Shown in pieces: positions 25,323 through 32,000 of a DNA stretch of 32,000 bases. The notes beneath the pieces were generated by a model that worked only from the letters and a program-made list of their open reading frames with translations, had not been told where the DNA came from and searched no databases. A program made the translations under genes and the position numbers. Within the stretch, counting starts at the first letter, position 1. Every line of letters begins with the position of its first letter. The stretch comes from Caedibacter taeniospiralis (lineage in GTDB: Bacteria; Pseudomonadota; Gammaproteobacteria; Francisellales; Francisellaceae), in assembly GCF_002803295.2 (NCBI RefSeq), contig NZ_PGGB02000002.1, positions 103,476-135,475 on the forward strand, read 5' to 3'.

Positions 25323-26216
25323 ATGAAGATTACTAAGGCCGTGTTTCCTGTGGCAGGGTTTGGCACGCGTTTTTTACCCGCTACTAAAGCATCCCCTAAA
25401 GAAATGCTGACAGTTGTTGATAAGCCGTTGATTCAATATGCTGTAGAAGAAGCGATTGAAGCGGGTATTAATGAGTTGATTTTTGTGACGAGTACCCATA
25501 AGCGTGCGATTGAAGATCACTTTGACAAGAACTTTGAATTGGAGTATCACCTCGAACAAAAAGGAAAGCTTGATCTTCTGGAGTCTGTACGTAATATTCT
25601 ACCTGCAGGGGTCAACTGTGCGTATATCAGACAAAGGGAAGCGCTTGGCTTGGGACACGCGGTGCTATGTGCCAAGCCCCTGGTTGGGAATGAACCGTTT
25701 GCTGTACTATTGGCAGATGACTTAATTGATAACATCAATGGTGAGGGGGCGTTATCACAGCTCATGCGTCAATATTATTATCAAAAATGTGGTGTAATTG
25801 CGGTGCAAGAGGTGCCAAGAAAAGACACGGGATCTTATGGCATCGTTAAAACACGAGCGGATCAGAGCATTGAGGCGATTATTGAAAAGCCATCCCCTGA
25901 AAAAGCTCCATCAACGAGTGCTGTTGTTGGGCGTTATATTCTGCCTGGTGAAATTTTTGGTTATTTGGAAACCATTCCAAAAGGAGCAGGAGGCGAAATT
26001 CAACTTACCGATGCTCTTGCTAAATTGATTGAAACCCAGCGTCTAGTGGCGCATAACTTCAAGGGTACACGCTATGATTGTGGTGACAAACTAGGTTTTT
26101 TGATTGCTAATTTTGAGATGGCAACTCGAGATAAGCTGTTTGGACAAAAGTTTATGACTCATGTTCAGGCGATGTTAAGCACGGAAAAAGGAAATAAAAC
26201 AGAGAGTCAGAAATAG
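25323..26216 (+). CDS. galU: UTP--glucose-1-phosphate uridylyltransferase
   Basis: [39 protein letters not shown] is nearly identical in pattern to E. coli GalU. AAGGAG lies 7 nt upstream of ATG 25323; the track start 25320 is a TTG. Confidence 0.92.
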   Translation: MKITKAVFPVAGFGTRFLPATKASPKEMLTVVDKPLIQYAVEEAIEAGINELIFVTSTHKRAIEDHFDKNFELEYHLEQKGKLDLLESVRNILPAGVNCAYIRQREALGLGHAVLCAKPLVGNEPFAVLLADDLIDNINGEGALSQLMRQYYYQKCGVIAVQEVPRKDTGSYGIVKTRADQSIEAIIEKPSPEKAPSTSAVVGRYILPGEIFGYLETIPKGAGGEIQLTDALAKLIETQRLVAHNFKGTRYDCGDKLGFLIANFEMATRDKLFGQKFMTHVQAMLSTEKGNKTESQK

Positions 26217-26807
26217 ATGAGTACAACAGGGGTGGTTTATGTTGTTTCGGCACCTTCAGGTGCTGGAAAAACTTCGTTGCTTAAGGCATTGGTGAAAATA
26301 CAGAAGGATATTGCCGTGAGTGTGTCGCACACTACGCGTAAACCTCGTTTGCAAGAGCTTGAGGGCGTGCACTATCACTTTGTCTCCAATACTGAGTTTG
26401 AGAAACTGATTGCCGAAGATGCGTTTATCGAATATGCCAGGGTTTTTGATCACTACTATGGAACCTCCAAAGCATCCGTTTCGGAACTAACAGAAAAGGG
26501 TTTAGATGTTATCTTGGAAATCGATTGGCAAGGTGCAAAGCAGGCTCGCAAAGTTTTTAAAGAGAACTGTGTGAGTATTTTTATTATGCCCCCTTCGTTA
26601 GCGGCGTTGCGTGAACGTTTGTTAGAGCGTGGACAAGATTCACAAGAGGTTATCGCAAGACGAATGGCGGCTGCCAAAAGTGAAGCTTCTCACGCCAAAG
26701 AATATGATTATGTCATTATCAATGATGACTTTGAGGAAGCCTTAAAGGATTTGAGAGCATGTTTTCGTGTGCAAAAGTTAAAATCCAATATAGGGTTCCA
26801 ACTGTGA
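26217..26807 (+). CDS. gmk: Guanylate kinase
   Basis: P-loop APSGAGKTSL, SHTTRKPR and EIDWQGA motifs. Its ATG immediately follows the galU TAG stop. Confidence 0.93.
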   Translation: MSTTGVVYVVSAPSGAGKTSLLKALVKIQKDIAVSVSHTTRKPRLQELEGVHYHFVSNTEFEKLIAEDAFIEYARVFDHYYGTSKASVSELTEKGLDVILEIDWQGAKQARKVFKENCVSIFIMPPSLAALRERLLERGQDSQEVIARRMAAAKSEASHAKEYDYVIINDDFEEALKDLRACFRVQKLKSNIGFQL

Positions 26808-26832
26808 AACAAACAAATTAAGAAGGTTCGCG

Positions 26833-27645
26833 ATGATCAAAAAAATCAAGAAGACACTGATATTTTCAGCATTGTCATTTTCAGTGGCAAACAGTTATGA
26901 AGTATGTGGAATAGACAAGGTGGGTTGCTCATTAATTTCTATTTCTCCCGCGATTGGCTATTACAAATATGAAGAGCCCAAGATTCATACGCCGCAAGGG
27001 CAAAAGTACATGAATATCAAGGGAGTGAGCTTTCGCCTGGATGGTGCTTATCAATACATCGATCGCAATCGTGTTACTTTAATCGTTGATGGCGAGCTTG
27101 CCTTTGTCAATGGTAAATATGATGGATTCCTCCAAAATGGAGAGCCGTTTCAGATGAGTAATGACGATAGCTACATTTTAGGTGTTTCACCCAAAATTGG
27201 TTATGTTTTCTCCTGGCAAGGTGTAGGGGTAAATTTAACTCCTTTTGTTGGCTTGGGGTACCGTTTTCTAGACAATGACACATCAGGTACTTCTGGGGGA
27301 TATAAAAGGATTTCCAATTACTTTTATATCCCCATAGGGGTCGACTTTGATTGGCGTAAGAATAAATTTATGTTGCAGTCAAGGGTTGAGTTTGATGGAT
27401 TGATTCAAGGCGTTCAATATTCGAGTGTCGATGGTGGGGTTACTAATGACCAGCGTGAGGGCTGGGGGGCTAATGCTTATGTGTTATTGGGGCGTGATCA
27501 GGGAGGTTGGGCGTGGCTTGTCGGCCCGTATGTTAAATACTGGAAGATGCAAACCTCAGAGACTTCAACGGGCAATACCGGAAATTGGGTGGAACCCGAG
27601 AATAATACGTTAGAAAGTGGTGTGCAGTTCAAGTTTATTTTCTAA
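26833..27645 (+). CDS. Hypothetical outer-membrane beta-barrel protein
   Basis: Signal peptide MIKKIKKTLIFSALSFSVANS. Alternating hydrophobic/aromatic beta-strand pattern rich in G/Y/W. C-terminal FKFIF ends in Phe, which is typical of BAM substrates. I recognise no family. Confidence 0.6.
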   Translation: MIKKIKKTLIFSALSFSVANSYEVCGIDKVGCSLISISPAIGYYKYEEPKIHTPQGQKYMNIKGVSFRLDGAYQYIDRNRVTLIVDGELAFVNGKYDGFLQNGEPFQMSNDDSYILGVSPKIGYVFSWQGVGVNLTPFVGLGYRFLDNDTSGTSGGYKRISNYFYIPIGVDFDWRKNKFMLQSRVEFDGLIQGVQYSSVDGGVTNDQREGWGANAYVLLGRDQGGWAWLVGPYVKYWKMQTSETSTGNTGNWVEPENNTLESGVQFKFIF

Positions 27646-27695
27646 TAGATAAAACTGCATTTTTCAGAGAATAAACTTAAAGGTAGATAACTATT

Positions 27696-29123
27696 GTGAC
27701 TAGAAAAGTAAAAACCCGTTTTGCTCCAAGTCCTACGGGGTACTTGCATGTCGGTGGTGCACGAACGGCATTATTTTCATGGGTATATGCACGCAAAAAC
27801 CATGGTGAGTTTGTGTTAAGAATTGAAGACACGGATCTTGAGCGCTCGACACCAGAAGCCGTACAAGCAATTCTAGATGGCATGGATTGGCTCGGTCTTT
27901 ATGCCGATGATGTGCCTTATTATCAAACACAGCATTTTGCGCGTTACAAGGAAGTCATCGAGCAATTATTGCAGCAAAATAAAGCCTATCGCTGCTACTG
28001 TTCGCGCGAACGTTTAGAGGCATTACGAGAGTCGCAGATGGCAAACAAAGAAAAGCCTCGCTATGATCGACATTGCCGTCATTTATCTGTGAATGAGCAA
28101 GAACCTTCCATGCCACACGTTATTCGTTTTAAAAATCCAGAAAATGGTGTGGTCACCTGGCGTGATGCAGTCAAGGGTGAGATCAGCATTGCGAATGCTG
28201 AGCTTGATGATTTAATTATTCAACGCACAGATAGCGCGCCAACCTATAATTTTTGTGTGGTTGTTGATGATATTGATATGCAAATCACGCATGTTGTGCG
28301 TGGAGATGATCATGTTAATAATACCCCAAGGCAAATCAATTTATATCATGCCTTATCTGCTGAGATTCCCGTGTTTGCTCATGTGCCGATGATTTTGGGA
28401 GATGACGGTAAAAAACTGTCAAAGCGCCATGGTGCGGTAAGTGTCATGCAATACAAAGAAGAAGGTTATTTGCCAGAGGCCTTGATTAACTATCTTATTC
28501 GCCTAGGTTGGTCGCATGGTGATCAGGAAGTCTTTAGCATGGAGGAGATCCTGAAGTATTTTGAATTGGATGATATTAATGCCTCAGCCTCCGCATTTAA
28601 CACAGAAAAACTCAATTGGCTAAATCAATATTATCTGCGTCACTTGCCTGCTGAAGAGATTGCTAAACATTTAACTTACCATTTTGTACAAGCGGGACTG
28701 GACATCAGTCATGGTCCCGCGCTTGAAACGCTTATTCCAGTGATGGCAGAAAAGGTAAAAACATTAAAAGAACTCGTACAGCAATCTGTTTATTTCTATC
28801 AGGATTTTGACACCTATGATGAAAAGGCGTCGCTCAAGCATCTCTCACAAGAGGCGATTATAGTGCTAAAAACAGTCAATAATAAGTGCGAACTATTAAC
28901 CACTGAACAGTGGCAGGATGAGCATGTGCTTCACATGGTACTTAAAGATGTTGCTACTGAATTAAATCTAGGGATGGGCAAAGTCGGGATGCCTGTGCGT
29001 GTTGCCGTGACGGGTTCAGGGCAATCGCCAGATATTGGTATTACCTTAAAATGGTTAGGGAAGCACAGGGTGATCGAACGTTTGCAAAAAGCTCTTGATT
29101 TTATTCAATGCAAAGAACAATAA
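27696..29123 (+). CDS. gltX: Glutamate--tRNA ligase
   Basis: GTG start. HIGH-type motif [22 protein letters not shown]-type KLSKRHG, and a Zn-binding CYC...C.H cluster. Confidence 0.95.
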   Translation: MTRKVKTRFAPSPTGYLHVGGARTALFSWVYARKNHGEFVLRIEDTDLERSTPEAVQAILDGMDWLGLYADDVPYYQTQHFARYKEVIEQLLQQNKAYRCYCSRERLEALRESQMANKEKPRYDRHCRHLSVNEQEPSMPHVIRFKNPENGVVTWRDAVKGEISIANAELDDLIIQRTDSAPTYNFCVVVDDIDMQITHVVRGDDHVNNTPRQINLYHALSAEIPVFAHVPMILGDDGKKLSKRHGAVSVMQYKEEGYLPEALINYLIRLGWSHGDQEVFSMEEILKYFELDDINASASAFNTEKLNWLNQYYLRHLPAEEIAKHLTYHFVQAGLDISHGPALETLIPVMAEKVKTLKELVQQSVYFYQDFDTYDEKASLKHLSQEAIIVLKTVNNKCELLTTEQWQDEHVLHMVLKDVATELNLGMGKVGMPVRVAVTGSGQSPDIGITLKWLGKHRVIERLQKALDFIQCKEQ

Positions 29124-29140
29124 ATACTAGGAGCAATTGC

Positions 29141-30049
29141 ATGTCTGATTTAAAACATAAGTTTGGGAAAGTGGCTGTGCTATACGGCGGAAACTCTGCT
29201 GAGCGCGAAGTATCACTGCGTTCGGGAGCAGCAGTAATTGCTGCTTTAGAAAAAGCAGGTGTTGAGGTGATAGCGATTGATGCCTCAGGCAAAGCCCTGG
29301 TGACAAAACTGCTCATGGCAAATGTCGATCGCTGTTTGATTATGCTTCATGGGGGTGACGGTGAAAATGGTCATGTGCAGGCGTTATTGCATGAATTAGA
29401 GATTCCCTATACCGGTGCCAATGCCTTAGCTTGTGCGCTGACGATGGATAAAATAAAAACCAAGAAGCTTTGGCAGATAGAGGGGCTACTCACCCCGAAA
29501 GCAAAAATTATTGATCAAAGACTTGATATTTCAGGACTTAAATTTCCACTGGCAATTAAGCCCACAAGTCAGGGATCCAGTGTTGGGACGCATAAGGTAA
29601 AGAGTCAAGATGAGCTTGAAGCGGCATACCTGGATGCCTGCCAATATGGTGAGGTAATGGCAGAAGAATGGATTACGGGAAAAGAGCTAACAGTATCTAT
29701 TGTTAATGGGATAGCGCTGCCATCGATCTGGATTGAGCCGAAGCTTGAGTTTTATACCTACGAGGCAAAATATACTAAGGAAGCAGGGACTTGTTATCAC
29801 TGCCCCAGTGGAATTAGTGAAGCATTCGAAGAAGAGACTCAAGCAATTGCATTAAAGGCTTTTAACATCGTTGGTTGCCGTGGTTGGGGGAGAGTGGATT
29901 TCATGTTATCGCCACAAAATAAGCTTTACTTGATCGAGGTTAATACGGTGCCTGGGATGACAAATTTAAGTTTAGTCCCAAAGGCTGCACAGCAATATGG
30001 TTGGGATTTTGAAACCCTGGTGCTAAAAATACTCGAAAGTTCTCTATGA
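29141..30049 (+). CDS. ddl: D-alanine--D-alanine ligase
   Basis: I trimmed the track ORF (start 29108) to ATG 29141, which has AGGAG 8 nt upstream. VAVLYGGNSAEREVSLRSG, the ATP-grasp core and EVNTVPGMT are typical of DdlB. Confidence 0.92.
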   Translation: MSDLKHKFGKVAVLYGGNSAEREVSLRSGAAVIAALEKAGVEVIAIDASGKALVTKLLMANVDRCLIMLHGGDGENGHVQALLHELEIPYTGANALACALTMDKIKTKKLWQIEGLLTPKAKIIDQRLDISGLKFPLAIKPTSQGSSVGTHKVKSQDELEAAYLDACQYGEVMAEEWITGKELTVSIVNGIALPSIWIEPKLEFYTYEAKYTKEAGTCYHCPSGISEAFEEETQAIALKAFNIVGCRGWGRVDFMLSPQNKLYLIEVNTVPGMTNLSLVPKAAQQYGWDFETLVLKILESSL

Positions 30050-30780
30050 AGCTCAGGTTATATCTAAAGATCACGTGTCTTGTCCTCATGGTCGTGCTTC
30101 CATTGGCAGGAGTGCGTTACATCTTTAAGGAAAGTAGCGTGCATCTGCAAAAGGTGAACATTCTGACTAAAGGAGAGCTGGATTATATTTCCAAACCCCA
30201 AATTATCAACTTAATTAAGCCATTTCAACAGGAAACCTGGTGGGAGCTCAGAGTGAGTGAGGTTGAGTCGGCACTGAAGACCTATCCTGGAATTAAAGCG
30301 ATAAAGGTCCAAAAAAAATGGCCAGATCAACTGACGCTTGAACTAACAGAATATCAACCCAAAGCTTATTGGAATTCTCAGAGCCAGATTTTATTGGAGA
30401 ATGGTGAGATCATCGCACCCAAATACTTTACTGCCAAGACCGCATTGCCCATATTTTCTGGAGATGAGGAAAATAAAGCGATTATTGCTGACAAGTACCA
30501 GGTCTTAGCAAAGATCGCCAGGCAGAATCGTTTTGAGCTGATGGACATCAAGTATCAGGGGAATCAATGGCAAGTCGGTTTAAATACAGGTGTAAAGGTA
30601 TGGTTAGGCGATGTGGATGTAGAAAATAAGTTGAGTGACTTGCTAAGCAACTACCAAAATATAGAAGTTCCAAAAGGGCAAAAACTAATGAGTGTAGACA
30701 TGCGCTATCATAGTGGTTTTGCCGTTGGTTTTGCGCCTGATGGCGTGGAAAACAGGAATACTGCAAGTGTAAAAAAATAG
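30046..30780 (+). CDS. ftsQ: Cell division protein FtsQ
   Basis: N-terminal TM helix plus a POTRA domain. IKAIKVQKKWPDQLTLELTEYQPKAYWN matches E. coli [28 protein letters not shown]. Its ATG overlaps the ddl stop (ATGA). Confidence 0.82.
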   Translation: MKLRLYLKITCLVLMVVLPLAGVRYIFKESSVHLQKVNILTKGELDYISKPQIINLIKPFQQETWWELRVSEVESALKTYPGIKAIKVQKKWPDQLTLELTEYQPKAYWNSQSQILLENGEIIAPKYFTAKTALPIFSGDEENKAIIADKYQVLAKIARQNRFELMDIKYQGNQWQVGLNTGVKVWLGDVDVENKLSDLLSNYQNIEVPKGQKLMSVDMRYHSGFAVGFAPDGVENRNTASVKK

Positions 30781-30816
30781 CTTTGATAGAGTTTCTGTCT
30801 ATCACTAAGTGTGAGC

Positions 30817-30848
30817 TGTCGGTGTGACACTGATTACTCACACCGACA
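30817..30848 (+). other. Perfect 11-bp stem-loop TGTCGGTGTGA-N10-TCACACCGACA just downstream of ftsQ
   Basis: Read directly from the sequence. It is flanked by a 6-bp hairpin GATAGA-N7-TCTATC (30785-30803). No T-tract follows. Confidence 0.5.
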
Positions 30849-30886
30849 CGCTTGGGAGAATTATTTTCCCATGCCAATAAACGCAG

Positions 30887-30908
30887 GGGCGTATTAAATA
30901 CGCCCTTT
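30887..30908 (+). terminator. Weak terminator-like hairpin GGGCGTAT-TAA-ATACGCCC followed by TTT
   Basis: 8-bp GC-rich stem (30887-30894 / 30898-30905) followed by only three T residues. It lies in the ftsQ-ftsA spacer. Confidence 0.3.
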
Positions 30909-31161
30909 GAGGTGGAAATCCTGGTAAAGCCAAAAAATATCAAGTTTACGGTGTAAGCAAGATTCAGTTTTATTGAATTTATGGTACAGTGGGCGCAGTT
31001 TATTAAAACCTTGGGGCAGGGTGGCGTCGTTGTCGTTTTTAGATCGTTGAACCAAGTAGAAAATGACTGTTTTTCCAGTCCTACTGTGTTTTCTGATTGA
31101 AAAACAAGCGTGTGCAAAACCTATAGTGCAATGCTAAAACAGGAAAATGAGTATTTAGAAT

Positions 31162-32000
31162 ATGTCTGGAATCGTGGAAAAAAAGATACTGTGTGCCATT
31201 GATATCGGAACCTCGAAAGTTGTTGCTCTGGTTGCTGAAGTCAATGAAGATGAGCAGATCAATATTATTGGGATTGGCACACAACCTTCAAAGGGGCTCA
31301 AAAAGGGTGTGATTGTCAACATTGATGCTACTGTGAAAGCGATTCAAAAAGCGGCTCAAGAGGCGGAGGATGTGTGTGGATTTAATATCAAAGAAGCCTA
31401 TATTGGAATCGCAGGAAGCCATATCCGTAGTTTTGACTCGCACGGGGTGGTGGCGATTGAGAGTTCAGAAGTTTCTCAGCAAGATTTGGATCGAGTGATC
31501 GATTCAGCAAAGGCCGTGCCGATGCCCGCGGATCAGGAGATTTTACACATTCTATATCAAGACTTTATGATTGATAATCACAATGGCATAAAAGAGCCGT
31601 TGGGGATGTCAGGGGTCCGTTTGGAAGCTAAGGTGCACATGGTTACGGCTTCATCAAGCGCCACCCAAAACATTAAAAAATGTGTCAACCGTTGTGGTAT
31701 TAAGGTGCAGGATATTGTACTGGAGCAGCTTGCTTCAAGCTATGCCGTACTGACAGATGACGAGAAAGAGCTCGGTGTATGCTTGATCGACATCGGTGGC
31801 GGCACAACTGATGTGGCTGTTTTTGTTGAAGGTGCGATCAAACACACTTCGGTTATTCCGATCGCAGGAAGTCAGATTACGAGTGATATTGCCCATGCGC
31901 TACGTGTGGCAACCGATACGGCTGAGCGGATTAAAATTCAGTATGGCTGCTCAATGAGTAATCTTGTGAAATCAGATGATGCGATTGAAATTCCAGGTCT
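31162..32000 (+). CDS. ftsA: Cell division protein FtsA, 3'-truncated by the window edge
   Basis: Absent from the ORF track because it has no stop in the window. My translation from ATG 31162 is MSGIVEKKILCAIDIGTSKVVALVAEV...GVCLIDIGGGTTDVAVF...VIPIAGSQITSDIAHAL. This is colinear with E. coli FtsA, including the actin-fold phosphate motifs. Confidence 0.93.
   Translation, partial: MSGIVEKKILCAIDIGTSKVVALVAEVNEDEQINIIGIGTQPSKGLKKGVIVNIDATVKAIQKAAQEAEDVCGFNIKEAYIGIAGSHIRSFDSHGVVAIESSEVSQQDLDRVIDSAKAVPMPADQEILHILYQDFMIDNHNGIKEPLGMSGVRLEAKVHMVTASSSATQNIKKCVNRCGIKVQDIVLEQLASSYAVLTDDEKELGVCLIDIGGGTTDVAVFVEGAIKHTSVIPIAGSQITSDIAHALRVATDTAERIKIQYGCSMSNLVKSDDAIEIPG

Noticed and set aside
30548-31117. 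189-aa minus-strand ORF spanning the ftsQ 3' end and the ftsQ-ftsA spacer. Also a 39-aa plus-strand ORF at 30981..31100.
   Set aside because: The long ORF is antisense to well-supported ftsQ and has odd composition (H/C/T-rich) with no motifs. The 39-aa ORF has no SD. Neither is supported beyond being open.
1-32000. Scan of the whole window for CRISPR arrays, tandem repeats, tRNA/rRNA/tmRNA/RNase P/SRP RNA genes, IS elements, integrases, retron or DGR reverse transcriptases, and recognisable defence genes.
   Set aside because: I found no regularly spaced direct repeats, no cloverleaf-like or conserved RNA core sequences, no transposase, RT or nuclease ORFs, and no long terminal inverted repeats by eye. 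A computational scan (tRNAscan-SE, Infernal/Rfam, ISfinder, DefenseFinder/PADLOC) would be needed to make this absence rigorous.

Overview
This is an almost fully coding chromosomal window from an AT-rich Gram-negative bacterium. Gene content and local gene orders (mlaFEDCB-ibaG, minCDE, tusE, rsmJ, xerC, ddl-ftsQ-ftsA) look gammaproteobacterial. A Legionellales-like host is only a guess that I cannot verify without a search.

I call 38 CDS.
- First 9.5 kb, mixed strands: asnS (5' end cut by the window edge), a thiamine diphosphokinase, xerC, rsmJ, a DAACS-family symporter, a Wzx/MOP-type flippase translationally coupled to tusE, rpsA, and an orphan small HTH protein.
- Minus-strand block: minC-minD-minE-mlaF-mlaE-mlaD-mlaC-mlaB-ibaG, uninterrupted, then a MAPEG-like membrane protein 90 nt further downstream on the same strand.
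- 16.5-kb all-plus-strand run: a FecCD-type permease, an unknown membrane-anchored protein, fmt, a hybrid peroxiredoxin-glutaredoxin, a DUF4160/DUF2442 pair, slt, map, a coiled-coil protein with a KfrA-like N-terminus, fdxA, gmhB, plsC, galU, gmk, an unknown beta-barrel OMP, gltX, ddl, ftsQ and ftsA. ftsA is cut at its 3' end and is absent from the ORF track because it has no stop in the window.

I recognised no rRNA, tRNA, CRISPR array, transposase, phage integrase or IS-type terminal repeats.

This is mostly core housekeeping DNA, and I do not see a convincing large novel multi-gene system. The items most worth a second look are:
1. An overlapping DUF4160/DUF2442 two-gene cassette with its own near-consensus promoter (19.06-19.59 kb).
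2. A GC-rich, ORF-free cluster of perfect stem-loops between fmt and the Prx-Grx gene (18.01-18.19 kb).
3. The apparent fusion of the min and mla operons, with a TGATG stop/start overlap.
4. A ~580-nt gene-poor stretch upstream of rpsA with a 43-aa SD-preceded ORF and an orphan HTH gene.
5. An unusual 381-nt hairpin-containing spacer splitting ftsQ from ftsA.

All family assignments come from motif recognition by eye, not database searches.
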